From the NCBI GenBank assembly GCA_951406725.2, contig OX597829.1, forward strand, positions 34,410,001 to 34,474,000: 64,000 nt of DNA. Reading direction: 5' to 3'. The position numbers and the translations under genes were made by a program. Origin of the DNA: Octopus vulgaris. Taxonomy: Eukaryota. A model generated the notes under the pieces. It was not told the DNA's origin and searched no databases. It saw nothing but the letters and a program-made list of their open reading frames with translations. This document shows positions 24,570 through 38,900 of this stretch, piece after piece; position 1 is the stretch's first letter; each line of letters starts with the position of its first letter.

Positions 24570-27170
24570 TTGATATTTGAAAGACTCTTCTTCTCCCAAT
24601 CATTCTCCACATTTAATAATCTTTCATAATGGCATCTCCACACATCTTTCTTCTCTGAGTCATTAAGCATAAGCATACCATTATGCATTCATCCACATTT
24701 CTCACCTGCCACATCTCAGTTCTTCCCTTTGCAATCCTGAACACCTCATGCTGTCGAACATTGGTGAACTTATATTCCTTTTGCTATGTAAACCCGTCAC
24801 CTAGACTCCCAGATATAATGCTCTGCTTACACCATTCTTCTAGTCTTTCTAGACCTGTCTCTTTGCTTTTATAGCGCTGTCCACTTCCTTGTTCAATCAC
24901 CATGTCACCCTCATCCTAGCTGGAACTTTGTACCAGCCAGATTTGGTAAGTGGCACTCAATAAATTGTTCCACAGAAAATTCCATTTGCTCTCTAAGCTA
25001 CATGTCCCTTCTTCCTCCTCCTCTCTATCATCATAGGCTTCCAGTAGAATATCTCTAAATTTTTGTTGGTTTGCTAAGTCTTTGAGTTTCCATAATCTTT
25101 TCCAGTGTGGTTTAATTCTCCAAATCTCTCTAGCCCTAATTCTGAAATCTCAAACTAGTAGCCTATGTTAGGGTGTACATTCTTCACTTGAGAAAGACTT
25201 TGCATTTGTGAACATCAGCATATCTCGTTGCCTGGTGAGGAGGTAATCTACCTGGTTTATGTTCCCATCAGTCTGATAAGTGATTAGGTGGCTGGCTGGT
25301 TTTCTGAAGTTAGTGTTGCAGATCATGAGATCGTTTGCATCACAGAACTCCAGAAGCCTTGTTTCCTCATTCCTGGGGCAAAAGTCATAACCACCATGCA
25401 CACCATGGAATCCATGGGTATTCTACACACCAAGTCCATTAAAGTCGCCAGCCACAATAATGAATTCATTTGAGGTAATTTGCAAAATTACCTCATAGAA
25501 TTGGTCCTTCTGGTCATCAGTCAGCCCAGGTAGAGATAAATATAACTGTTAATCTATTTATGATAAATTTCAACTTACCTGTTGCAAACTTTGACTACCT
25601 TATCTACCCACTTTTCTTCTAAGAATATGTCCACACTACCAACTTCATCACTTCTGCCTATCCAGAAGAATTTGTAGCTCTGTCTCTTACCTATGAGGAA
25701 TCTAGTAGAGGCCATTTCCATCTCACTTCTTGCATACCACACACATTGACATGGTGACACTCCATCATTTTGATAATCACACCAGATCGTCCCTTCATTG
25801 TGCCAACTTTGATAGTTTGCAGCCCTAAAATTGTGTACTTGGGAGGGACAATAAGAAGGTAGTTGTGGGGCTTTTGTCTGTGTCTGAAAAGATCTATGCA
25901 AACACATGCTAGGTAGTGTAGAACCTTAGTACATCGTGTATTCGCTTCAATGAAGTATAATTTCTTCACTCCCATACAACATCCAGATTAAGGGCCAGTA
26001 AAGAGAGGGGTAAGAAGGGCATGAAAGTAGTCATATATGTCCATATATATACATACACACCTTATATGTTTATATATATACATCATATATGTCTACATAT
26101 ACAAACCCTCACAGCATAGTATGAATCTTACATATACATAGACTCACACCCATAAATCCATATATATACATATATACACACACATACAACCATATACCCT
26201 TACACCTATGAACATGTAGTCCACATAAAGGTACACATAGATGTAAATGCATATATACTCATAAGCACATACATCCACATTGACATATATACGAGGTTCA
26301 CATAAGTATATACACTTATATGGTACTCTAACAGGTGCATGCACACAAGTACATGGGTATAGGGGAGGAAACCTACTTACAGAACAGGAGTATGGTTCAC
26401 CAGGGAAGTTATATATATTTAGATTGAAACGGTAGACATAACGTATAAGCAAAGATGGATGCTATTTTTAACATAGCGCTAATATTTAAAACTTATTATT
26501 ATTAATACACCCTAAGCCACATAATATCATAAATTGAACTGTTCACGCTACATATCACATAAATTTAGTAGCATATAAGAAATTGTACTGTTTTAATCTA
26601 CACACCAACAATATTACCATGTAGTCAATGCCATTGACTCTTCTATACAAGAATTAATCTACAGAGTCATCAACAGTATCACCATAAAGGAAGTTATTCA
26701 GCACAGAAGAAATTAAATTCTCAGCTGGATACATTGTACACAATAAATACACAGAGCACTCAGTACCTAAGAATATAGACTGAAAATGGTAATGGGAGAG
26801 GAAGATAACAGCAGAAAGGCCAGAAATGGGTGACAAGGGTTACTCAACAACACAGGTTGTGCATATTGCTTAGGTGGTCAAGGAGAGAAGGAAAGAAGCT
26901 GATGACATCAGAAAAATGTAGGAGTACAAGTGTAAGGGTGGATAATGAGACAATGGTAAGAGTAGGTGATAGGTGGCATTACAACTGTTGTAGAGGAGAG
27001 TGATGGGTGGCAGTATAGAAGGGTAAAGTTTGTGTGACGAAAGTGGTCAGTCATTTATATATAGAACTAGCAAAGGGTGAGAGAGTCAGAATGATGAGGA
27101 TGATGCAGTCAGCACAGGTGGTAGGTTGATGATAGATGGTGGACTATGAGTAATAAAGATTTGAAGAACA
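24570..27170 (-). mobile_element. Degraded RTE 5' half (5' UTR + APE)
   Basis: RNEETRLLEFCDANDL, EKWVDKVVKVCNR; homologous to 10600-11800. Confidence 0.75.
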
Positions 27171-28300
27171 TACATCTTCAGTGTCAGCATTCACCCTTTT
27201 GTCCCTTGTATTCCTTAGTCTCTCTCTTTCTCTTCTACAGGTTCCACCACTCCAGGATTCAGTATTTCCTTATGCCCATACCAGTGCAACTTCCTCTCTT
27301 GTACACAATACTTAATTCCTCTCAGGTCATTCATGAATCTTAAAATTACAAAAGTCCCAGAGCATTTCTTTCTAGTCTTTGCAAATTTCCTGCATTTAAA
27401 GCCCATGTCCTACTAAAATGTGCAGCATCACAGTTCTGTCATAAGGATCATATAATATGCCAAGAGCTTGTTCTTTGCTTACTTACTATACTTTCTGGAC
27501 AATCACCTCCCTTGCTGATTACGTAACAGAAGACCTAGATAACAAATTACTTTGAATGAGCCAGCTAGGAATTTAAGACCATCTCATTCTGGAACTTTTG
27601 ATTCCAATACATCTCATGTGTCCATAGCTTATGTTGGATACAGCATATGGAATTCTTACCTATTCTTTTCCTTCATAACAAACAAGACTATTTCCCAAAC
27701 AATATGAGGGGACTGTCTTTTCTACTTCGAAACACCTTAGTCTTTTCAAAGTTTACCTTAATGCTTCTTGATTCTAGGTTTTTACTTCTATGCCAAGAGT
27801 TCCTTCCATAAATTTAGCTTTAAGAGCTAGATCATCAGCATAGATGATCCACTCTTAAGCTCCTTTGTGATGGCTTGTAAGATTATAAATGAATAGTAGG
27901 GGACTGAGGACTGACCTTAATTGGACCTCTACCTTCATGCTAAATTCTTCATACCATTTTACATTGCTTATACAGCCCTCACTAGTCATTCAAAATGTCA
28001 GCTTTAATGATTTATATTTACCTGAATATTTTTCCAGTAGCTGTCTCACTAGGAAGATTGCATCCCTGGTACCTCTTCCAGGGATAGAGCTACACTGCAT
28101 TTCATCTAGGTATGCTGTTATGGATCATTTCTGCTACAACCTACAACTCTCATTGTGATATTGCCTGATCCAATCTGGTGCTTTCATAATTTCCTCTTTG
28201 TAAGATATACCTTTTGTTTTCGAAGCTGTTTGCAATGATACTGAAATACCAGTCATTTGGTTTGTTTAACTTTATGGATACTTATGTATCCTAGGCCAGC
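27170..28300 (-). mobile_element. Highly degraded RTE RT remnant
   Basis: VQERKLHWYGH and TRDAIFLVRQL-like codons. Confidence 0.55.
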
Positions 28301-28317
28301 AGCTTTCCTATCCTTAA

Positions 28318-28745
28318 TTGCTCTATCACATTCATGGTCTCAAAAATTTGTCCTACGAAGAAAGGCTGAGGACGCTCAACCTTTATTCTCTTGAAAAACG
28401 CCGCCTCATTCTTGCCCACAACATCATAAGCGGAAAGTGTAACCTCTCAAAAGAGCTGTTCTTCACTCCTGCTCCAGAGCGTCGGCTGCGGGGTCATTCC
28501 GAAAAGCTCTACCTGCGACGATTTCATCTCAATCGAAGGAGAGGAGCTTTCTCCGTCCGGGTTGCGGATCTGTGGAACAAGCTGCCAGACGAGATGGTGA
28601 AGATGCCGACGACCGCTTTGTTCAAAGCCTCCCTGGACCTCAAGTGGCCTGAACTCTTTACATGAACACCACCCTGTACTTAACTCCATGTCCCCCTACA
28701 TGGCCTTGCTATTTGCTTTTGAGCCAAATTAACTAACTAACTAAC
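28318..28745 (+). mobile_element. Young CR1-like LINE 3' end with (CTAA)n tail
   Basis: LSYEERLRTLNLYSLEKRR, LRGHSEKL, FSVRVADLWNKLP; CpG-rich. Confidence 0.85.
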
Positions 28746-30889
28746 ATTACTGTCAACTTGAATTGCAAGTCATTCTGTAAGGTCAGCTTGAGGGAACCCC
28801 CACCCTTTCTTGCAATCTCCACATTCAACAACCTACCATAATAGTATTTCCATGTTCCTCTCTTTCAGCTGCAATAGCAAGAGTACCTTTATCATTTCTT
28901 ATACACTTCTCAATGACAACTCAGTTAATATACTTGCCTTGCAATCCTGGATTCCTCATCATTGACCCTGTCATAAAACATATACTCATATCTGAACCAT
29001 AACATCTATCAGGTGATCCAGTTGGAACTCCCAGTGGTGTTCTCCCTATCTCCTTATAATAGGTATCATTTAGAATTTCTCTAATACTAATTACCAAGTT
29101 CTTTTAGCTTCTGTTTGCTTTCTGCCTGTAATTTGTGTAGGGCAGTACATACTTCTCTATGAAAAGGTTTGGTATTTACAATGATCTGCCCATCTTGTTT
29201 CCTGGTGGGAATGATATCTGACTTGCGTGTTCACTAGATTAACAGATGAAGTGGCTGGCTTCATGAAGTTTGCGTGTGCTGTAAATTCTTTGATCAAGTG
29301 CATCACAGAACTCCATTTTTTTTTTTTTATATCACAGCCATAGCCTCTAAGGATATTGTGGATATGGTGTTATCAACATGGCTGTCAAAGTTGTCAGCAA
29401 CAATTATGAAGTCGCTGTCAAATGTTGCTAATCCTAATTATAAGTGTATGAAGATATAAATATCGCTGTTGAATTGTTTATAACTAGGCCCAGTTTAATT
29501 ATCACAAATAAGCTAACGCTTAGGGGTTTGTACAGTGGCCAAGAGGAGAAGGAAAAATATATTTATATATATAAATATGTATATAAAAGGGAAGGATGGT
29601 TTATGGAATTACCTTAGGTAATCCCATAAACCTTTGCTATTGGCTGTCAGGAATATAATCCCCAATTGTTACTTTTGAGTAGTGAGGCATTTCTTCCTAC
29701 ATATTTTTATGGTCTTGGGCCAACAGGTTTTTGGGATCTGATAATACGCCATAAACCTAAACCCTTTATAGATGAGAAACCTAAGATAATCCCACAAACC
29801 GGCCTTGCCCATTTTTAATGTATACTTCTCTACATCTTAGAGTGTGCTGCTTCTTTCAGATTTGTTTTTTACTAATACACATACACTCACACCATAATTC
29901 TAAAACAGTAAAGTAAATAGTAAATCTTTTCCCTAATAAATAAATGAAAACAAAGCAAATATTTGTAATCTTTATTTTCTTCATATTTTATCATTATTCA
30001 ATAGTTTGATCAAGTAAATTCAATTTTACATTTTTACATGCTGAGGTTTCAAAAACTGTCATGAAAATAGAATTAATGTCAGTTATATTTCATGCTATTT
30101 TAAAATTATAAAGAAAAATAAACTTTTCAAGTTCAACAAAGTTGTAATTTTGGTCAATTAGAATAAATTCTAATAATGTAACCTTATATTGCAAAAATAT
30201 TTTGAGTAGCCAAATATATTTCTTTTCAAGAATTAATCATTTGTCTTTAAAAAAAGTTTTTATTATAAAATTTCTTTTAACTGAATTTGAAGTTTATCTC
30301 GATTTTACATAACAAAACCTATAAGGTGTTAAAGAAATGAATTGAAGAAACAAGTTACATTTGGATCTTAACATTGTGATATAAGGAAATGTTAATAGGA
30401 AATCTTATTACAAATTATAATATTCAATTAATTAAATCATAACTCCTTACCCATCATTATTTTCAAATTGCTACAGTATGTGAGGGTTAAACAACAAATA
30501 CTAATAATCAATTTTGACTTTTTGTCAATGAAATTAAAGTGGAATGTTTTAAATTTTTCCTTTGAATTGTTTTAAATTTACTTTTAGCAACTCAATCATA
30601 ATTATCTATGAAAATGTTTCAAACTTCAGCTTAATTCAGCAAAAGTGTCTATTTCCTTTTATCCACAAAATTACTACTTAAATTAACAAATTTCCAAAAT
30701 TCCTCACATACTAAATTAAATAAAGAATTTGAACTTTTAAAAGTACATTACTTAAAAAAATATTTTAAAAGTTCAACTTCTATAAAAGGCACAAGATTCC
30801 TTAAATACAGTTGTTAGCTATAAAAAAAAATCTATCAAGCGATATAAAGTATTCAACTACTACTTAATATAATATTAGTTTCAAATTTT

Positions 30890-31090
30890 GGCACAAGGCC
30901 AACAATATCTGGGCAGATGGGTAAGTTGATTATATCAACCCCAGTGCTCAACTGGTACTTATTTTATCAACCCCGAAAGGATGAAAGGCAAAGTCAACCT
31001 TGGCGGAATTTGAACTCAGAACGTAAAGATAGACGAGATATCACTAAGCAGTTTGCCCAGTGTGCTAATGGTTCTGCCACCTCGCCACCT
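30890..31090 (-). mobile_element. tRNA-derived SINE (second family)
   Basis: Reverse complement of the SINE at 53910-54140. Confidence 0.65.
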
Positions 31091-31284
31091 ACTATTAAAT
31101 ATGATATTAAAGTCAAAAGTAAACTGGTCATGTTAGCAATAAATTGACATATTAAAAAATTAAATGTAGTCATAACAAAATTGAAAAGAAATGAAAAAAG
31201 ATCAATTAGAATACATGATGTGTAGTTTTAGATTCTTGTGTATGGCCTTCCAATTGATGAAGATATCTTTAGATTTTGGTCCTC

Positions 31285-31326
31285 TTAAACTGAAGTTCCT
31301 ACATCACTATTAGCAATCCCTGATGT
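31285..31326 (-). CDS. RRBP1-like terminal coding exon (TSGIANSDVGTSV*)
   Basis: TTTCACTCTTACAG acceptor; ends GTSV-TAA. Confidence 0.85.
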   Translation of the reverse strand, partial: TSGIANSDVGTSV

Positions 31327-32912
31327 CTGTAAGAGTGAAAAAAAAAGTTCTTAAATTTAATAAATTGTTTACAAGATGTAAGGAATTATAGGAATGTAGT
31401 TGGCATTATTGTTTTCCTAATCTGAAATAGAGCATGTTATTATCTCAGCAATCCTACTCAAAATACAATTTGTATAAAGAAAAGTCCAAATTATTTTTAC
31501 CATTTTCCATAAGCAGCTGTTTTGACATTAACTAATCTATATAACACATGATGTATTTTTTAATTTAGACTATGATATACAACATTATTAGACAAGTGAC
31601 TTATCAAATTTCAAAACTTGCTGAATATTCTCAGTTTTTTTTTATTAGTTTGTCATTTGATTATGGCCATTCTGGGGCACTACCTTCAAGTGTCTTTGTT
31701 GCTCATATCTATAATAGTACTTATAAGTCTTGTACTAGTAAGCACCAGACTTATGCTAGTTTGGAACTTATTTTATCAAATCGCTAACTTATGTTTTGAC
31801 ACAACACTAATTTTACATTGGTAAGCAGACATTCATGAAGGGTGTTTGGGCTAAATTTGACAGTTTGCATAAAAAGAAAATTATATACCATCCAAAAATA
31901 AGAGTATTTAAGAAAAAAAAAAATATGGGGGGAGAAAACAGTTTACTCAAAATTGTTGCTTTCAACTTTCCCCATGGCCTTAAGATGGCTTTGTAACCAG
32001 GCACATGTGTTCTCACTGTGTCCCTTGGAAGATCTTTGAACACCGCCTTGATCTTGACACCACCTTGGCCTTTATGTTACAGTGTGGCTAGTGTCTTCCT
32101 TAGCCACACCCCACATATAGTCATCCATGTGATTGCAATCAGGAGAATTAGGAGGCCAGAAGTTGAGGTTGGTGAAGTCAGAAATTTTCTGGCAACCATT
32201 TCTGACTCTTTCTGGAGGTATAGCAAAGAGCTGAATCCTCCTACCACACATATGGCATTCCAGCAGCAACCCTCTGAATTGAGCGAAAGGCTCTGTTCAA
32301 AGTTGTGATGAACTGACACGTGAATGCAGTTAAAATGTCTGCTGTGTCCCTTTCAGCTAGCTATGGTTTCATAGTTTCTGTTGCAGCTGTCCATACCATG
32401 TCTTACAACTAGTGTTTACAGTTTTCACAGAGCAATGAGCAAGCAGTCATGACGTTGGCATTTTGATACTTGGCATGAATCATCAAATTCTTTTCCAATA
32501 TTTGGGTGGCTTCCAGGTCTCTATGTCAGCTAACTTTTTCTCAATTATAACTTTAATCCTTATGCTTTCCAAAGTCATTGACTGTTCACCAATACATCAT
32601 GCTGTTCCTGAAAAAAGGAGACATAAAAAATTGTCAAATTTAGCCTGAACACCCTATACATATATGACAGTTTCTGTGCCGTTTCCAAATCAGTTTTGAG
32701 TAAGATTAACTGAAAATTACAATAAGATTTGCAGTTAATATTTAGTCCAACTCACTCTTTATTATTGGTTAATAATTCTGAGATGTTATAACTTTATTAA
32801 ATTTCAGTTTGAGATGTTATATAACAATTAAACTTCAGCAAATACTTGATTGCTTTCTTCTATGAATGCCATTTTATGTAGTCTACTTATCAGCATATCT
32901 CCATAGTAGCAC

Positions 32913-32976
<64 letters not shown>

Positions 32977-35900
32977 TATCGCATATCAACAAAGCTAGTC
33001 TTTGTTAGTTTTAGGAAAACTGGTAAAATTGAGGAAAGGCTATTGTGAAGCCATATATAGAAGTGTTGTGCACTGCTTGTGAAAGTATGAAAATAAAAAA
33101 TTTTAAAAGTAGAAATATAAGATCTTGGGATACAGGATTTCACGGAAGGGATGAAAAAAGAATGAGGTAATTGGTGAGAAGTTGTACAGCTGACTCGACA
33201 TTTTTGTAGTCATTCAGATTAACAAAGAGATTAGAACTCAATTTTATGTGAATTTCTCTAGTCCAATGTACTTTGCTTTTTTAAAATTATAAAAACATTT
33301 ATCATCAGAAACAATTCAATAGAACTTCCTCCATATCATCAATTCCTGTAATGGTTTTTAAGAGATGAAAAAACTGAATAACACCAAACAATACCACAAG
33401 CTAAAGCTTTTATTTAGATGTGTTCTACAACAATTAAAGTCATATGTATAAATTCATCATGATATATCGGCATCATGATAGATACTGATCTCTCAATAAG
33501 GGCATGGTCAGGTATAATGGAAGGGTAATGCTTCCAACAATATATGCCGAGAAAGCCCATGAAATGGGTGATAACAGTTTGGAAAATTTGTAAAGTAAAT
33601 ACTGGGTACTGCTGTGGGTTCCATTTTTATACTGGGAAAAATGACAATGTTACTCAGTGTATGATGTGGTCTTGATTATAACAGATACATAGGTGGTGTT
33701 GATCAGCTGAACCAAATGAGGAGTCATTAACTGGTTGGTAGACTGGGTAATAAATGGTGGAAATACCTGCTTTGGTATATAGTAACTATAAGTATTATAA
33801 ATGCATTTATATTACATACCAAATCAGGAGGGGCTCAAAAGTGGTGCTACCATCTGCAGTTCTGAGCAACACAGTTGAGGGCAGGCTATTCCTCCAAAAT
33901 TATAAGTGTAGGAAGGAAAAGCAAAACCTGTCACAGAGAAATCCCTCTGAGTTCAGCCTATCTCCATAAATTAGAAAAAAAAAGTCAAGGGTCACAAAAG
34001 GCATTGCCGTGAACGTCTACTTCAATGAAGAAAAATTCTCAGTGGATGCCCACTTCTTTCTAATGTGCTTTCTGCAAAGTTGCAGAATGTAGAGTGGGAT
34101 GTTTTATAAGTTTCCCTGATAGAAATATTGTGTGAATATTGTAGACATGTATGATTAAATTGTTTAAATGTTTTTCAAATTAACTTTGATTTTATTTTTT
34201 ATTTACCTGTAAGGTGAGTGACAAGTTTTGATTTACTTTCTGTTGTAAATATTTATTATAAATGTTCTTGTGTATTTTTGTATGTTGATGTATTTAATTT
34301 TCTAGTTTTCTTCAAAAATATTCCAGGATTTCATTTTATTTTACCTGTTCTTATGTGCATTAAATTCAACTGATAATCTAGTGATGTGCACAATTATTTT
34401 CTATTAAAATTTTGTTGCATCCCTAATTGAAAATTAACTGATGACTCATTTTCTATGGTGATGTTCAAACAAAATTTTAATATTTTAATATTTTGCTGAA
34501 TTTACTTGTATTTACCTGTAATTAGAGTCACTTTGAGACAAAAGTTATGCAATAGAATTGATTAAGAACCTTTTCTTCAATTGTATTCCAAGAATCACAA
34601 TATGTTGATAAGTAAAAAAATTACAGTTGTTTAATTAAACTAGTCTAAATTTATGATTATTTTAGAATTTAATTGAAACTCATAAAGGGTGTATTTTGGT
34701 TAGATATATAGTAACAAAAGGGTTAATGTGATAGATGTGACAAAAAATGTGTAGAACAGGAAATATATATATATACAAATTAAGGGATGAAAAAGGTGCG
34801 TTCTACTGTAGAAATAAAAGGATACAATATGGTGAATTAAAAAGCTGCTGAGAAATGCAAAATAGTTTACAATTCTAAATGTCTAGTAGATTAGTTGGTA
34901 CCAGTGTTCCACACTGGAATATAGTAGCTTACATCCTTTTTTAGATCTGGAGTATTTTAAAGCTCCAAGGCAGGAACCCAGTCTCATTGATATTGGTGTA
35001 CAAAGGCAAGATTATATGAATAAGGTTTTTTTTAAATGACTAATATTTGTTAAATATTATTTCTCACTTGTAGAATCCTCATTGATGAAGAGAGATAAGC
35101 AGATACAGATTTAGAACATTTTACATTGTTGTATTTATTTAAGGAAAAAAAAAAAGATAATGTTAATATTGTTACTCCTCCTTTGCATGCAGAGAGAATT
35201 TTTTTGAAAAAATACAATTAAAAGTATTGCAGCTTGATAGAGAAAGCTTTTGAAGATCTGAAGACTATGAAAATTTAATTATCTTCTAACATTGGGCCTC
35301 ACAGAGGTAATGACAGGAGGCTGAAACCTTTGGAGATATGCTGTGATTGAGAAGACCCAGTAACTAAAATGAGATCACAGCCATGCATGTCCAGCCCAGT
35401 CAAGAGTACCCCTGATGCATTCAGCAATATGATATGCTTGAGAAGACCTGTTAAGTCAATTAAAACCAATATCATAGCTGTGGCCAGTGCCCACTGACTG
35501 GCTGCCATGCCTGTGGTACATAAAAAGCACCATCCAAACGTGGTCAATGCCAGGTCTGTCTGACTGGCTTCCATTGTGGTGGCATGTAAAAAGCACTATC
35601 TGAACATGATTGATGCCAGACCTGCCTGACTGGATCCTTTGCCAGTGGCATGTAAAAAGCACCCACTACACTCTCAAAGTGGTTGGCATTAGGAAGGCCA
35701 TCCAGCTGTAGAAACATTGCTAGATCAGATTGGAGCCTGGTATAGCCACTGGCTCTCCAGACCTCAGTCAAACTGTCCAACCCATGCCAGCATAGAAAAC
35801 GGACGTTAAATGAGGATGATGAAAGAAATGAAGGCTGTCATACACTCAAAAAATTAATGAGAAGTTAAAATAAAACTTGTAATTGGAAACATATTAGAGA

Positions 35901-38900
35901 AAATTAACAAATAGTTGTCTAAATAGAAATAGAAGAAATAAAGCCCATTAATTTCACAAAGAAATTTAGAACCTTGTTTTAAACTATCTTGGCTCAGTCC
36001 ATTAACATTATAAAAATTACTCACCAGCATAATTAACAATAAATATTATTGTTTAACATATAGATGTTTCATGAAGTCATTAGTCTACAACAAAATACCA
36101 TTTCACAATTAGTCAGATGCTACAATACTTCTAGCCAAATTACTATATCACAATTATAAGACTGCAACAGGCTTCATTTGAATATATTTGGAAATATATT
36201 GCCATGGTAAACGTGTTTGTGTCCAGTACCACCTGACAATTTATCCATCCCTGCAACTAAGCAGCTTAGCAAAAGACACTTATGGAATAAGTAACAGGTT
36301 TAACAAAAATAAATACTGGGGTTGATTCATTTGACTAAAAATTCCTCAATGTAGTGCTCCAGCATGGCTGTAGTCAAATGATTGAAACAAGTAAAGGATA
36401 AAAGATATAAACCAACCTTTCTTCATAAAATCTATACCATAAAAATTGTATCAATGTAAACAGCTCTACATTCAAAATCGAAGATAACCCCCAAACTGTT
36501 AGTATTAAGAATAATAGCATTTATGTTTTAACATAATGAAATTATTTAGCCAAAAACAATGGAAAAAAATTAAATGATAATTTGTTTCTTAGCTCAATTA
36601 TTGAGCTAAGAAACAAATTATTAATTTTTTCCATAAGCACTAAGCATATAGTAAACAAACTTACTTGTTCTATTTTCTGTGCTGAATTATTTGATTCCTG
36701 TGAGTTTTAAAAAAAATGAGAAAAGAAGTTCACATTATTCAATACAGTTTGTAAGGTATTAGTGAAATATAAATTTTCACATTTATAATGGATGGCTATA
36801 GAATATTTTAGAAGCAAACATTCGTGAAAAGTAACTTACCTTCACACAAAATTTTTGCTTTAGATTTTCAACTAGATTCTGCTCTTGAGCTAATGCATCT
36901 TGTCCAGTCTTGATAATTCCATTAAGCTTTACAACAGTTTGTGCTAAATCTCTGTTCTTCCCTTGTTCTTCCTCAATTAAGGCTTGTTGTTTACTTACTT
37001 CTGATTTTAAGTATTCTAAAGACTACAAATACAAATATAAAATGAATTTATGATTAAAAAAATTACAAGCACTGCAATTTTGCTGGAATACATGGTATAT
37101 AAACAAGTTATTGGAAAGTAACAAATCATTTTGTGTTACTATGAACCAATGAGTATGCCTCTATACAGTCATTTAACTTACTACAAATAGCAACTAAATC
37201 TCACACTTGACATCCCACCTTTTTAAGAGAAAAATATATACATTACATCATGCAATCAATTTTACTCCTACAAAAACAGGATGGTTGCATAAATAGAGAA
37301 GTGAGGTTATCTAGTTATACTCATGGGAAATCTTAGTTCAATATTTAAAATTAACAAATAATTCAGTTATATAGTGTTTATTAATTTATGAAATGTAAAT
37401 GCATCATACACCTATGTAAAGTATTTGTTTACAGCTAAGTGGACTGAGTAAGAACTGTCTTGGCCATGGACTGAGCATATAAGATATGAATGCACATAAG
37501 CTATACACCAAAATAATACATTTATATACATTAAATCTATGTGTGAGTGTGTGTGTGTGTGAAAAAATGCAACTTAAAAGATAATAAAGAAGCTGTACTA
37601 TATATACATGTATATATACTACTTTCCACCAAGCCCACTTATTGCCATCATCTTACATCCCCTGTTCACAACTCCTTTCTCTTTGTTATTCACAACACAT
37701 TCTTTTGTTACCCAAAACTTTTCCCTTTACCTCACTACCCCACCCTTAAACCACTCGACTGCTCTCTGGCCTCGCCTTCCCTTGCTAAACTCACTCAGTT
37801 TTTCCCCCACCCTATCTCCTGTCTTTCACAGCATTTACACTGTTCTTCTCCCTACTTTTATGGTACTCTCCAGTGTCTACCTACCTCTATGGTACCCTTT
37901 TGAAGATGTGGAATAACAGGCCTCTTACTTGAATGAGAAAGTATAAAGGTATGCTACATATTCTTACTGTGTTAGAAACTGATCTATCTAATGTGTATGC
38001 ACACATGTGAAAGAGCAATTATATCAGAAATGGATTGACAAAGATACTTACTGTTTGCTTTTCTTTAAGAATTTGTATCTCTTTCTCTGCCTAAAAATAA
38101 AAAAAAATTGAGCCAATTTATTTGTACCATTTTTATTATTAGTTAACTGGCAAGAAATAATATATAATTAAGCAGTATGAAAAAAATACTTCTTGAAAGA
38201 CAACTGATAGAGAAAGGCTATAAATTATATATACCTCTGCTAAAGCATGTTTCCATTTCTGCTCTTCTTCTTCAACACTTTTTTGGAGCAATTGTAATTT
38301 TTCATCCTGAATATATAAAAATATTTTTTAACCTGAGAAATCATTTTTAAAACTTCGGATCAAACTACAAAATAATTTAAAATCCTTTATGTTAAGTAAT
38401 TCAGAATTGCTTTTTTTAAAAATTGATACAAAATTTGAAATAGCTTAACAGTTCTATAAGGGAATAATTTATGATTATTCTTGAATACTAATTTCCATAT
38501 TTCCCTATCTAAAAGAATATTGAATAAACAATTAAGAAATAATCATCCTAATGCATAAAGTACTTTTGTGTCTTAAAAGATAATCAAGAAGAAAGATAAT
38601 TATCATCAGGTTTTAGCTTCTTCACAGTATGGAAGAAATCTGAAAATAACCAATGTAGAAAGAAAATTTTGAAGCGTTAACATATTATACTGTGTTTGTC
38701 AGGTATGCAACTAGATTTATAAGGTACCTATTCCAATAAATTGTGATTAGCACAAAACAGTCTGTTATTTCAAGAAAATTAAATGACCTATCTTCGGACA
38801 TAACAGTCATCCTATCTCACCTGACACTATTTAATAATTACAAATGCAATATTAAAATTGAATTGTAAATTGAAAAAATGCAGTTTTCTTTTATACAAAG

